A stretch of DNA of 64,000 nt from assembly GCA_947453825.1 (NCBI GenBank), contig CANGHN010000002.1, positions 48,997 through 112,996 of the forward strand. Direction: 5' to 3'. This document shows positions 40,113 through 50,647 of the stretch, in pieces. Positions within the stretch are counted from its first letter, which is position 1, and each line of letters begins with the position of its first letter. A program made the translations under genes and the position numbers. This stretch comes from Betaproteobacteria bacterium (GTDB lineage: Bacteria; Pseudomonadota; Gammaproteobacteria; Burkholderiales; Burkholderiaceae). The notes under the pieces were generated by a model. The model was not told the origin of the DNA. It worked only from the letters and a program-made list of their open reading frames with translations, and made no database searches.

Positions 40113-41458
40113 TGGACTCTCTCAAAAAATATCTTTTCACCATCCTATTGAGTTTCGGCTTATTCAATAGTGCCTTTGCAATCTTGCCGATTGAAAAACT
40201 TGATACCTATAAAGGGGCAAGAGGGTATTTAGTCCAAACTCAAACCTTGCCAATGATCGATATCGAGGTCAGTATTGATGCTGGTGATCGTTATGACCCA
40301 GTGGGTAAGAGCGGTCTTGCCGATATGGCGGCAGGCTTGATGCAATATGGGGTACGCGGCGATAAGGGTTCCTTGAGCGAAGCTCAAATTGCAGATGAGA
40401 TTGCAGATCTTGGCGCCAATATTGGTTTATCGGTCAGCGGTGAGCGAGCTACCTTACGTATACGGAGTTTGAGTAGAAAAGATTTGCGTGATCGGGCCGT
40501 GCAATTGGCTGCTGCAATGTTGAGCGCTCCTGCTTACGAATCTAATATCGTTGAGCGCGAAAAGCAAAGGACCATTACAAATTTACGTGAGGCCGAGACG
40601 AAACCTGATTTTGTATTAAGTCGCCGTTTTATGAAATTGATATATGGCGATTATCCTTTGGCAAATTCACCCACAGTAAAGTCAGTGGGGGCTGTGAGTG
40701 CTGCAGATTTATCGCAATTTCATAAACAGTTCTATCGTGGCGATCGCATGATCATTAGTATTGTGGGTGATGTAGACCGTACGCAAGCAAATGAGATTAT
40801 TCATGCTTTATTGCAAAAAATTCCTCAATCGGGCCCAGCCATTGCACGGTTACCAGAATTGCAGCGCTCACCTGTAGAGCCGTTAGCACAGCGTGAAATC
40901 CGAATCCCCTTTGATTCTCAACAGGCACACATCGCGATGGGTATGACTGCCGTCTCTCGCAGTAATCCAGATTATTTTCCTTTACTAGTGGGTAACTATA
41001 TTTTAGGTGGCGGTGGTTTTGTATCGCGCTTAATGAATGAGGTGCGTGAGAAACGTGGGCTTGCCTATAGTGTGTTTAGTTACTTTGCTCCCGGCAAAGA
41101 AAATGGTATTTTTCAGGCAGGCTTACAGACCAAGAGTGATCAGGCTGCACAGGCATTAGAGGTAATGAGCTCAACAATTGGACAATTTATTGCAGATGGT
41201 CCTAACTCTACTGAATTGCTTGCTGCGAAATCAAATTTAATCAATGGCTATCCATTGCGTATTGATAACAATCGTAAGTTGCTTGATAACGTCTCATCGA
41301 TTGCTTGGAATGACTTGCCACTCGACACGATGGAAATTTGGACAAAGCAAGTTGAGGCGGTTACCTTAGAGCAAGTGAAGGCAGCCTTTCAAAAATATCT
41401 AGCAATGGATCGCATGAAGATTGTGGTATTGGGAGCAAAAAATCAGCAAGCCAAATAA
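40112..41458 (+). CDS. M16 family peptidase, non-catalytic partner subunit
   Basis: M16 fold without HxxEH; carries VREKRGLAYS; translationally coupled to preceding gene. Confidence 0.88.
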   Translation: MDSLKKYLFTILLSFGLFNSAFAILPIEKLDTYKGARGYLVQTQTLPMIDIEVSIDAGDRYDPVGKSGLADMAAGLMQYGVRGDKGSLSEAQIADEIADLGANIGLSVSGERATLRIRSLSRKDLRDRAVQLAAAMLSAPAYESNIVEREKQRTITNLREAETKPDFVLSRRFMKLIYGDYPLANSPTVKSVGAVSAADLSQFHKQFYRGDRMIISIVGDVDRTQANEIIHALLQKIPQSGPAIARLPELQRSPVEPLAQREIRIPFDSQQAHIAMGMTAVSRSNPDYFPLLVGNYILGGGGFVSRLMNEVREKRGLAYSVFSYFAPGKENGIFQAGLQTKSDQAAQALEVMSSTIGQFIADGPNSTELLAAKSNLINGYPLRIDNNRKLLDNVSSIAWNDLPLDTMEIWTKQVEAVTLEQVKAAFQKYLAMDRMKIVVLGAKNQQAK

Positions 41459-42059
41459 GGCTTTCAGAGCAGAGCCACCCAAGAAAGTGCGCATTATTGG
41501 CGGCACCTGGAGAAGTCGCTTATTAACCGTCTTAGATTTACCAGGTTTACGTCCTACAACCGATCGCATACGAGAGACTGTGTTTAATTGGCTCGGGCAA
41601 GATTTAACGGGCTTCCACTGCCTCGATCTTTTTGCAGGGACTGGTGCTCTGGGTTTTGAGGCTGCTTCTCGTGGCGCTTATTCAGTCGTCTTGTTAGAAA
41701 AAGATAAAAAGGCGCATATAAACTTACTCAGTAATTTTGCGCTATTGCAATCTTCACCAGTGACTGGTCAAGTAGAAATTTTGCATAGAGATAGCATCGA
41801 ATACTTGAAACAACAAGCAGATCGCTCTAGCAATCTTATTTTTATAGATCCACCTTTCCAGGATGCGGGATTACTGGAAAGCGCTGTCATTGAGGCTAGC
41901 CGGGTTTGTGATGACTCTCAGGGCGGTGGTATTTATGTAGAATTTCCCGCAGAACGTGCTCGTGAAGAGCTTGAGGCCCTATTGCCAGGATGGCATTGTG
42001 GAAAATACTTAGAGGCGGGGCAGGTAAAAGCCTGTCTATTTCGGGGTGGAAGGGACTAA
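41442..42059 (+). CDS. rsmD: 16S rRNA m2G966 methyltransferase (start uncertain)
   Basis: RIIGGTWR, LRPTTDRIRE, LDLFAGTGALG, FIDPPF; candidate starts ATC 41442 or GTG 41487. Confidence 0.88.
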   Translation: MSKPNKAFRAEPPKKVRIIGGTWRSRLLTVLDLPGLRPTTDRIRETVFNWLGQDLTGFHCLDLFAGTGALGFEAASRGAYSVVLLEKDKKAHINLLSNFALLQSSPVTGQVEILHRDSIEYLKQQADRSSNLIFIDPPFQDAGLLESAVIEASRVCDDSQGGGIYVEFPAERAREELEALLPGWHCGKYLEAGQVKACLFRGGRD

Positions 42060-42080
42060 ACTCTTGCCTGTAGCTGATAA

Positions 42081-42590
<510 letters not shown>

Positions 42591-42602
42591 TAAGGCTAGT
42601 AG

Positions 42603-43462
<860 letters not shown>

Positions 43463-43468
43463 GACGAG

Positions 43469-43474
43469 AGTTTA
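43469..43474 (-). promoter_or_regulatory. -10 element TAAACT, 6 nt before pth ATG
   Basis: Minus TAAACT-ctcgtc-ATG(43462), downstream of the rplY terminator. Confidence 0.65.
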
Positions 43475-43503
43475 AAGATATACAGGCTTTTCTACAAAAA
43501 GGT

Positions 43504-43533
43504 AAAAAGAAAGCCCGCTTGCGCGGGCTTCTT
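43504..43533 (-). terminator. Intrinsic terminator after rplY
   Basis: Minus AAGCCCGC-GCAA-GCGGGCTT followed by TCTTTTT. Confidence 0.88.
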
Positions 43534-43558
43534 CGTGCAAAGCATGCAGCTTAAGCAA

Positions 43559-44212
43559 TTAAGCCTTATCTGCCTTGTCTTTTGCTGGTTCAGCGGCGGC
43601 AGCAGGAGCTGTAGCAGCAGGAGCGGCCTCTTCAACTTCTGCGGCTTTTACTGCTGGGATACGTGCGTTAGCCAATACTGGGTTTTCTTGTTCAACGTGT
43701 AGTACCAAAGAAACACCTTTTGGTAGCGTTAAATCTTTAGCGTGAACTGAATGACCCACTTCAACTTTGCTCAAGTCCACTTCAATGAACTCTGGCAAGT
43801 CTGCTGGTAAGCAAGAAATTTCAAGGTCATTGAGAATGTGACTAATAACAGCGCCCTGCAATTTCACAGCAGCTGAAGTTTCAGCATTAGTGAAGTGCAA
43901 TGGAACGCGCATATGAACTTTCTCAGTCGCAGATACGCGCTGGAAGTCAATGTGCAATACCAATGGCTTAAATGGATGCATTTGGTAATCGCGCAACAAC
44001 ACTTTTTGTGTCTTGCCACTAATTTCCAAATCTAAAATGGATGAGTGAAATGCTTCCTTGCGGAGAGCATGAAACAGCGCATTGTGATCTAACTCAATAA
44101 CAGTTGCTGGATCTTTACTACCGTAAACGATTCCCGGAGTTTTTCCGGAATTGCGCAGACGGCGGCTCGCACCCGTTCCCTGTACGCTTCTTTCAAAGGC
44201 TACTACTTTCAT
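43559..44212 (-). CDS. rplY: 50S ribosomal protein bL25/Ctc
   Basis: [33 protein letters not shown]. Confidence 0.96.
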   Translation of the reverse strand: MKVVAFERSVQGTGASRRLRNSGKTPGIVYGSKDPATVIELDHNALFHALRKEAFHSSILDLEISGKTQKVLLRDYQMHPFKPLVLHIDFQRVSATEKVHMRVPLHFTNAETSAAVKLQGAVISHILNDLEISCLPADLPEFIEVDLSKVEVGHSVHAKDLTLPKGVSLVLHVEQENPVLANARIPAVKAAEVEEAAPAATAPAAAAEPAKDKADKA

Positions 44213-44236
44213 AATGAATTCCCTAGTTAAGGTTAA

Positions 44237-44274
44237 TTTCCATTCGCGACCAAACAGAAAAGCCTTCGATTATA
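44237..44274 (-). promoter_or_regulatory. rplY -10 element and candidate L25-leader hairpin
   Basis: TATAAT (44269-44274), then hairpin UUUCUGUU-UGGUCGCG-AAUGGAAA (44237-44260). Confidence 0.55.
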
Positions 44275-44348
44275 TCGTGGGAATGGGAGTTTTTGCCTAC
44301 AAATGCCCTAAAACTACCAAAAAACGGGGTAAAACAGGTCTTTTTGGC

Positions 44349-45317
44349 TTATTCAGCAAACATCGACATGACTGAATCACCCTTGCTAATGCGGGAAAGG
44401 GTTTCAGCAAGTAGGGGTGCCACAGTCAGCTGACGGATTTTGGAAATCTTCATGGCTTCTGGGGTCAGGGGAATGGTGTCTGTAACAACCAGTTCATCTA
44501 ACTGCGAGGCAGCAATCCGAGCTACTGCACCGCCTGATAGGACGGCATGAGTACAGTAGGCGGTAACACCCTTGGCGCCACGCTCTTTTAGTGCTTCAGC
44601 GGCCTTACAGAGCGTTCCACCGGTATCGATGATGTCATCCATGATGACGCAATGACGGCCTTCTACTTCACCGATGAGGTGCATTACTTCGGATACGTTA
44701 GCTTTAGGGCGGCGTTTATCAATAATCGCCAAATCAGTGCCTAATTGCTTGGCCATCGCACGGGCGCGAACCACGCCGCCAATGTCTGGGGAAACAATGA
44801 TGAGGTCTTTTTGGGTTTTTTGCGCTTGCAGGTCAGACAAGAGAACCGGAGAGGCGTAGATGTTGTCCACGGGAATATCAAAGAAGCCCTGAATTTGGTC
44901 AGCATGCAGATCCATGGTGAGAACGCGCTCAATTCCAGCAACCGACTGAAGCATATTAGCAACGATGCGGGCAGAGATCGCAACCCGAGCCGAGCGTGGA
45001 CGACGGTCTTGGCGAGCATAACCGAAGTAAGGAATCACTGCGGTTATGCGGCTTGCTGATGCTCGTTTCAGAGCATCAATCATGATCATGAGTTCCATCA
45101 AGTTGTCGTTAGTAGGGGCACAAGTGGATTGAATCACCACAACATTTTTGCCGCGCACGTTTTCTTGAATCTCTACCTGGATCTCACCATCTGAGAAGCG
45201 GCCTACAAACGCTTTGCCCATCGGGAGTTTTAATTCTTTGGCTACAGCCTCTGCCAAAACGGGATTTGCATTGCCTGTGAAAATTGTCAATAAATCTGTG
45301 TTGTTAGAGGCGGACAT
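44349..45317 (-). CDS. prs: Ribose-phosphate pyrophosphokinase
   Basis: [39 protein letters not shown]. Confidence 0.97.
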   Translation of the reverse strand: MSASNNTDLLTIFTGNANPVLAEAVAKELKLPMGKAFVGRFSDGEIQVEIQENVRGKNVVVIQSTCAPTNDNLMELMIMIDALKRASASRITAVIPYFGYARQDRRPRSARVAISARIVANMLQSVAGIERVLTMDLHADQIQGFFDIPVDNIYASPVLLSDLQAQKTQKDLIIVSPDIGGVVRARAMAKQLGTDLAIIDKRRPKANVSEVMHLIGEVEGRHCVIMDDIIDTGGTLCKAAEALKERGAKGVTAYCTHAVLSGGAVARIAASQLDELVVTDTIPLTPEAMKISKIRQLTVAPLLAETLSRISKGDSVMSMFAE

Positions 45318-45372
45318 AGGCTTTAGAAGTGTAGTGAGGTCAAAAGGGTAGCTTTATCGTTTCTGCAATATT

Positions 45373-45449
45373 TGGCAGGGGAAGAAGGATTCGAACCTTC
45401 GCATGCTGGAATCAAAATCCAGTGCCTTAACCAGCTTGGCGATTCCCCT
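45373..45449 (-). tRNA. tRNA-Gln (anticodon TTG)
   Basis: AGGGGAA/TTCCCCT acceptor stem, CTGGA-TTTTGAT-TCCAG anticodon arm, GGTTCGAATCC T-arm, encoded CCA; between ispE and prs. Confidence 0.97.
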
Positions 45450-45454
45450 ACAGG

Positions 45455-46330
45455 TCATACTGAAGAAATCAAATTGTAAGCGGGATTTTTATTTAACCCT
45501 CGAACAACCCGACCTATCCACCCTTTTGGAAGATTTTGTAAAAGATTCTCTAGTTCTGCGGTATTGATCTTAGGGTCTAAGACGGCAAAAACGCTACTTC
45601 CAGAACCAGACATTCGGGGCGCTGAGCCCGGCACTGCCTGGGTAATCCAATTCAAAGCTTGCTTCACTTCAGGACAAATCCGCATCGCTACCGCCTGACA
45701 ATCATTTGCTAGATTCGACCATGGCGATGCAAGAAAGCCATCAATTGTAATCTGAGCATGGTCTCGGGTCAATTCCGGGTATTGAAAAATGCTTGCAGTC
45801 GTAATCCCTTGGTTCGGGAAAATCACCAAAAAGTCACGATTTTCTAAGGAAATTTCTTGGATTTTCTCGCCGATACCCTCAACAAAAGCATTTTTTCCAA
45901 AGATGAAAAAGGGGACGTCAGCCCCAAGTTTGAGGCCCAAGGTGCATAAGGCTTTTTGATCAAGCTTGAGATCCCATAAGGTATTGAGACCAATGAGGGT
46001 GGCAGCCGCATCTGAAGATCCGCCCCCTAAACCTGCGCCCATCGGAATTTCTTTTTTGAGAGCAATTTCTACCCCGCCCTCAACTTGACAAAACTCTTTC
46101 AACAATTTGGCAGCGCGCACTACTAAATCTTGATCAGGCAAAACACCAGGTATTGGATCAATACGATGAATGGTATTTTCTGAAATTTTTTTTAGTGTGA
46201 TGGTGTCGCACCAATCAATCAATTGAAAAACCGATTGCAATAGGTGATACCCATCGGGACGTCTTCCAACAATATGAAGGAATAGATTGAGCTTGGCTGG
46301 TGCGCGTAGCACCAATGAATTTTTACTCAT
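45455..46330 (-). CDS. ispE: 4-diphosphocytidyl-2-C-methyl-D-erythritol kinase
   Basis: APAKLNLFLHI, IPMGAGLGGGSSDAA, GADVPFF, MSGSGS; start ATG 46330. Confidence 0.95.
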   Translation of the reverse strand: MSKNSLVLRAPAKLNLFLHIVGRRPDGYHLLQSVFQLIDWCDTITLKKISENTIHRIDPIPGVLPDQDLVVRAAKLLKEFCQVEGGVEIALKKEIPMGAGLGGGSSDAAATLIGLNTLWDLKLDQKALCTLGLKLGADVPFFIFGKNAFVEGIGEKIQEISLENRDFLVIFPNQGITTASIFQYPELTRDHAQITIDGFLASPWSNLANDCQAVAMRICPEVKQALNWITQAVPGSAPRMSGSGSSVFAVLDPKINTAELENLLQNLPKGWIGRVVRGLNKNPAYNLISSV

Positions 46331-47807
46331 TCGGCTGATCAAATACCAAACGAATATCAATAGATCCAATATTCGAGCTGCGAGTCATCGTCAACTTGTT
46401 TAAGCGGTTGCTATTACTCCAGCTGTAAACCAGGTTCCAACCATCTTGGTTGATATTGGTAACCTGACCTTGCGCATTTCTTTCGACGCTAGCATTACTA
46501 CCCGGTCTTATTTGTCCGCGTAACCAATCTGATAGACCGCGCGCAGGCAGGGGCAATCCCAAGGTATTTTGTACTAATGTATCGGCATCAATAGCAGTAA
46601 TAACTTGACCATCACGCTCAAGCGTAGCCTCTCCAGGAGTAATAGTAATTTTTGCAATCGAGCCGCCAACCGGATTACGAATTTCTAAAATATCTTTTAG
46701 TGCTTCTTGCGTTAAGGTGAAGCCACCTGAGCCGCCTTGATTTTGGCTATCAGTTAAGCCGGTGACTTTCACGGCAAAGCGACCATCCCATGAGCCTTTT
46801 TGGGATTGATCAGCTGGCGACCAGTCAGGTTTTAAGCGCTTCAGGGTTTCTTTGAGGGTGGGATTATTAGCGTCTAATTTTTGGCCTTGGCGCCACATCT
46901 CTTCAGCTTCAGCAGGGCGATTCATGGCCCACAATACTTCTCCTGTGTGTGCAGCGATATCTGCTTCAGGTTTCATATTGAAAGCTTGCTGTAGTTGCTC
47001 TAAGGCCACTGCATTTTTGCCAAGACGAAAGTTCACCCAGCCAAGACTATCGAGAATGAAACCATCCTTTGGAGATAGTTGATGCGCTTTGTTGATTAAG
47101 CTATAGGCCTCTGTTAATTTCAAATTACGATCAGCTAAAGAGTAGCCCAATGCATTTAAAGCATTCACATCGTTTGGGCTTTTGCGTAAAAGATCTCGCA
47201 AAGTTTTTTCCATCACGTCTAGTCGCCCCACTTTTTCAGCAGATAGGGCATAGGTATACATGAGGGCTGGATCTTTTGGTGCTGGCTTGGCGCTTGATGC
47301 AATTTCGTAGAAGGCACGCAAGGCAGTTGATTCATCAGATGCCTTAGCTAATAGTGATTGCAACTGCATTAAGGTATTTTCTTGTTGAGTAGCATTTTGT
47401 CTGCTAAGTAAAGCGATAGCAGGTTTGACTGCATCGTTCCAGCGATTACTCAGCACCAATAGTGTTACCAGCACTTCTTTCGGCTTGGTTTCCGTGGCTG
47501 GTGAGAGCTTATCCCAAACTTGGGCTGCCTGTAGGGCAAGATCTGGTGCTCCGCCGGCAATGGCAATTTCCATGGCTCTTTGGGCCAGACGTGGATCTTG
47601 ATATTGACCCGCCATTTCAAGGTAAGTATTGAAGGCTAAGCCCGCTTCACCACGTTGCAGAGCGATTTCAGAGGCCAGCACTTCAAAAATCGCTTCACCA
47701 GTTTGCTTGCCGTTTACTTGGGCATGTGCCTGGGTGGTCAAAGCCCCACTAATCAGTGCTGCCAGGAATAAGCTCTGAAAAAGGGGCTTTAGCGTGTATT
47801 TGCTCAT
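46323..47807 (-). CDS. lolB: Fusion of a TPR protein (N-terminal) and LolB lipoprotein insertase domain (C-terminal)
   Basis: TPR motifs (ALNALGYSLAD, ILDSLGWV, IAAHTGEVLW) then LolB motifs (GRFAV, NPVG, LGLPLP..LSDWLRG, QDGWNLVY); upstream of ispE. Confidence 0.85.
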   Translation of the reverse strand: MSKYTLKPLFQSLFLAALISGALTTQAHAQVNGKQTGEAIFEVLASEIALQRGEAGLAFNTYLEMAGQYQDPRLAQRAMEIAIAGGAPDLALQAAQVWDKLSPATETKPKEVLVTLLVLSNRWNDAVKPAIALLSRQNATQQENTLMQLQSLLAKASDESTALRAFYEIASSAKPAPKDPALMYTYALSAEKVGRLDVMEKTLRDLLRKSPNDVNALNALGYSLADRNLKLTEAYSLINKAHQLSPKDGFILDSLGWVNFRLGKNAVALEQLQQAFNMKPEADIAAHTGEVLWAMNRPAEAEEMWRQGQKLDANNPTLKETLKRLKPDWSPADQSQKGSWDGRFAVKVTGLTDSQNQGGSGGFTLTQEALKDILEIRNPVGGSIAKITITPGEATLERDGQVITAIDADTLVQNTLGLPLPARGLSDWLRGQIRPGSNASVERNAQGQVTNINQDGWNLVYSWSNSNRLNKLTMTRSSNIGSIDIRLVFDQPNE

Positions 47808-47813
47808 AAGCAC

Positions 47814-47836
47814 ATTCTAATCTGCGAATCTACAAT
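47814..47836. promoter_or_regulatory. Back-to-back -10 elements for TPR::lolB (TAGAAT) and mutM (TACAAT)
   Basis: Minus TAGAAT 47814-47819 and plus TACAAT 47831-47836, each 6 nt from its ATG. Confidence 0.7.
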
Positions 47837-47842
47837 CCATTT

Positions 47843-48679
47843 ATGCCAGAACTTCCAGAGGTAGAAGTCACCAAATTAGGAATTGCCCCTCATATTGAGG
47901 GGCGCAAGGTCAGCGCCGTCAAAGTAATTGATGGGCGTTTGCGCTGGCCTGTGCCTGCCAGCCTAGCAAAGTTACTCCCTGGGCAAAAGGTGCATTCAAT
48001 TCAAAGACGTGGAAAGTATCTTCTTTTTGAAATGGATACCGGGCACTTACTCATTCATTTGGGCATGACTGGCACCCTACGCATCCTACCTGGCTCCGAT
48101 GTATTGAAGACCCACGATCGCGTGACTGTGGAATTTGGTAAGTTGAGTTTGCGTTTGCACGACCCCAGAAAATTCGGTGCAGTGCTGTGGCATCCCAAAA
48201 ATCAGGGACCTATTGAAAAAAATGCACTGTTACAGAAGTTGGGTGTCGAACCTTTTTCAGATGAATTTGCTGGCGATCTTGGAGGAGAGATTCTGTATCG
48301 GACATCTCGCAAGCGCAGTGTTGCAGTAAAACAATTCTTATTGGCTGGCCAAGCAGTAGTGGGCGTGGGTAATATTTATTGTTCAGAAAGTTTGTTTGAG
48401 GCAGGTATTCATCCGGTGAAGGCTGCAGGTAAATTAACGCACCCTCAGTGTGCTCGCCTCGCAAACGCGGTAAGGCGCATCCTTAAAAAAGCAATTGCCG
48501 CCGGTGGAAGTAGCTTAAAAGATTTCGTCAATAGTGATGGCGATCCTGGATATTTCATGATGCAAACAAAAGTGTATGACCGTAAAGGCCAGCCCTGCAA
48601 AGTTTGTAAAACGCCGATTGCACAAATCGTACAGGGGCAGCGCTCCACTTATTTTTGTCCTCAATGTCAAAAACGTTAA
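47843..48679 (+). CDS. mutM: Formamidopyrimidine-DNA glycosylase
   Basis: MPELPEVE, RRGKY, HLGMTG, GVGNIY, C-terminal zinc finger. Confidence 0.97.
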   Translation: MPELPEVEVTKLGIAPHIEGRKVSAVKVIDGRLRWPVPASLAKLLPGQKVHSIQRRGKYLLFEMDTGHLLIHLGMTGTLRILPGSDVLKTHDRVTVEFGKLSLRLHDPRKFGAVLWHPKNQGPIEKNALLQKLGVEPFSDEFAGDLGGEILYRTSRKRSVAVKQFLLAGQAVVGVGNIYCSESLFEAGIHPVKAAGKLTHPQCARLANAVRRILKKAIAAGGSSLKDFVNSDGDPGYFMMQTKVYDRKGQPCKVCKTPIAQIVQGQRSTYFCPQCQKR

Positions 48680-49809
48680 TAAGCTCTTTTTCTCAGAAGC
48701 TGATTGCTTGGCATCAGGTCAGTGGCCGCTCTGGTCTACCTTGGCAAAATAATCGTGATCCCTATGCGGTATGGGTTTCAGAGGTGATGCTACAGCAAAC
48801 TCAGGTGGCGACAGTGTTAGAGCGTTACCCCCGTTTTATGAAGCGCTTTCCTACAGTGAAAAAATTAGCAGCTGCCCATATTGATGAAGTTTTGGCTGAG
48901 TGGGCTGGTTTAGGTTACTACTCGCGAGCTAGGAATTTACATGCTTGTGCGCAACAGGTGATGCATGATTTTTCTGGAAAGTTTCCGAGTGATCCATTAC
49001 TGCTTGAGCAGCTCAAAGGGATAGGGAGATCAACCGCAGGCGCAATTGCAGCCTTTGCTTTTCATGAGCGAGCCCCCATTTTGGATGCCAATGTCAAAAG
49101 AATTTTGGCGCGATTATTTGCTATTGAAGGCGCAATTCAAGATAAAGCAGTCAATGATCAACTTTGGGTCTTGGCGGAAAATTTATTACCAACTAAGCCA
49201 GAGGACATGCCGGTCTATACGCAGGCCTTAATGGACTTTGGCGCAACTTGGTGTACAGCTCGCAAGCCTGCTTGTCTGGGAAGTGAGAGGAAATGCCCTT
49301 TTGTAAAAGACTGTCAGGCCAACTTAAGCGATCAGGTACTTGTACTTCCTCAAAAAGTGGTTAAAGTGAAGTCTCCCGAATTTAATTGCGATATGGTCTT
49401 AATTCGATCAGGCAACTCCATACTTTTACAAAAACGCCCCAGCAAGGCAATCTGGGGAGGTCTATGGTCCTTGCCAGAATCACCCTGGAGACTAAAAGCC
49501 TTAGGGATAAAACAGCTGACACCAGACTTAAAAACCTTGCTTGAAACCACTTTGCCAGAAATTCAGCTTGCACAGTTGATGAAATCTTGCAAAGGCCCAA
49601 GGCAGGGCGAGCAAATCAAGCATGTATTTACTCATCGTCGCTTGTGGATCCAGATTTGGGAAGTGCAGTCTTCTAAGAATGTCGATGCTTTGAGTGAAAA
49701 CTTAAAGTGGGTGCCCCTCAATCAATTGGGGCGCCTTGGTTTACCGCAGCCGATTAAGATTTTGCTGCAAGAATTGAATCAAGCTCGCGGTGACGATCTA
49801 AAAAATTAA
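48664..49809 (+). CDS. mutY: A/G-specific adenine glycosylase
   Basis: WVSEVMLQQTQV, WAGLGYYSRARNLH, HhH GIGRSTAGAI, Fe-S Cys cluster. Confidence 0.95.
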   Translation: MSKTLISSFSQKLIAWHQVSGRSGLPWQNNRDPYAVWVSEVMLQQTQVATVLERYPRFMKRFPTVKKLAAAHIDEVLAEWAGLGYYSRARNLHACAQQVMHDFSGKFPSDPLLLEQLKGIGRSTAGAIAAFAFHERAPILDANVKRILARLFAIEGAIQDKAVNDQLWVLAENLLPTKPEDMPVYTQALMDFGATWCTARKPACLGSERKCPFVKDCQANLSDQVLVLPQKVVKVKSPEFNCDMVLIRSGNSILLQKRPSKAIWGGLWSLPESPWRLKALGIKQLTPDLKTLLETTLPEIQLAQLMKSCKGPRQGEQIKHVFTHRRLWIQIWEVQSSKNVDALSENLKWVPLNQLGRLGLPQPIKILLQELNQARGDDLKN

Positions 49810-50644
49810 GTTGCAGCGCAATTAAATCTTTTTGGGCGCGAAAGTGTTCACTGATTCTGTTGACGAGATATACCGATCGGTGTTGACCACCCGTACAGCC
49901 AATGGCTACTGTTAAATAGCTACGACCATCAGCAATGTAATGGGGCAACCATTTCTCAATGAATTGGATGATGTCACCTTCCATGCTAACCACCTCAGGA
50001 ATTTTTTCTAAAAATTCTTTGACGGGTTTGTCATTACCGCTTAAGGGTCTCAAGACTTTGTCGTAATGGGGGTTGGGAAGACAGCGCACATCAAAAACTA
50101 AATCAGCTTCACTGGGAACACCCTTCTTAAAGCCAAAAGATTCAAAGACTACGGTGAGTCCAAGGGGCTTATCTTTGAGGAGATCCTGTATCCAGGATCG
50201 CAGGGCATGGGCAGGTAAGTTACTAGTGTCAATGCTGTGTGCTTGCGCACGTAAGGGCTCAAGTAAATTTCGTTCTTTATTAATTGCCTCAATCAAGGTG
50301 GCAGATTGTGATTGATTAGCATTGCCAGATAAAGGATGGCGTCGTCGCGTTTCTGAAAAGCGCTGTATCAAAGTATTGGTATCAGCATTGAGAAAAACAA
50401 TACGTACCTGATGATTTTTACGCAGGTTTTCCAGGATGGATGGAAGATCTACAATCGATTGACCGCGACGTGCATCTATTGCCACTGCTACCCGCTCACT
50501 CTTTTCTTTTTCAAGAGTGCTAATGAGGTCTTCCAAAAGGGAGACGGGTAAGTTATCTACGCAGTCGTAGCCCGCATCTTCAAAGGCCCTGAGGGCAACT
50601 GATTTACCTGAGCCTGAGATTCCGGTAATCAGATTGATTTGCAT
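49754..50644 (-). CDS. rapZ: RNase adapter RapZ
   Basis: GISGSGKS, DNLP, SFGFKKGVP, DVRCLPNP, GCTGGQHRSV. Confidence 0.95.
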   Translation of the reverse strand: MQINLITGISGSGKSVALRAFEDAGYDCVDNLPVSLLEDLISTLEKEKSERVAVAIDARRGQSIVDLPSILENLRKNHQVRIVFLNADTNTLIQRFSETRRRHPLSGNANQSQSATLIEAINKERNLLEPLRAQAHSIDTSNLPAHALRSWIQDLLKDKPLGLTVVFESFGFKKGVPSEADLVFDVRCLPNPHYDKVLRPLSGNDKPVKEFLEKIPEVVSMEGDIIQFIEKWLPHYIADGRSYLTVAIGCTGGQHRSVYLVNRISEHFRAQKDLIALQLNFLDRHRELDSILAAKS

Positions 50645-50647
50645 AAT

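Noticed and set aside
45373-45449. tRNA-Gln as an integration site
   Set aside because: No integrase, no duplicated 3' end, and ispE-tRNA-prs order is intact
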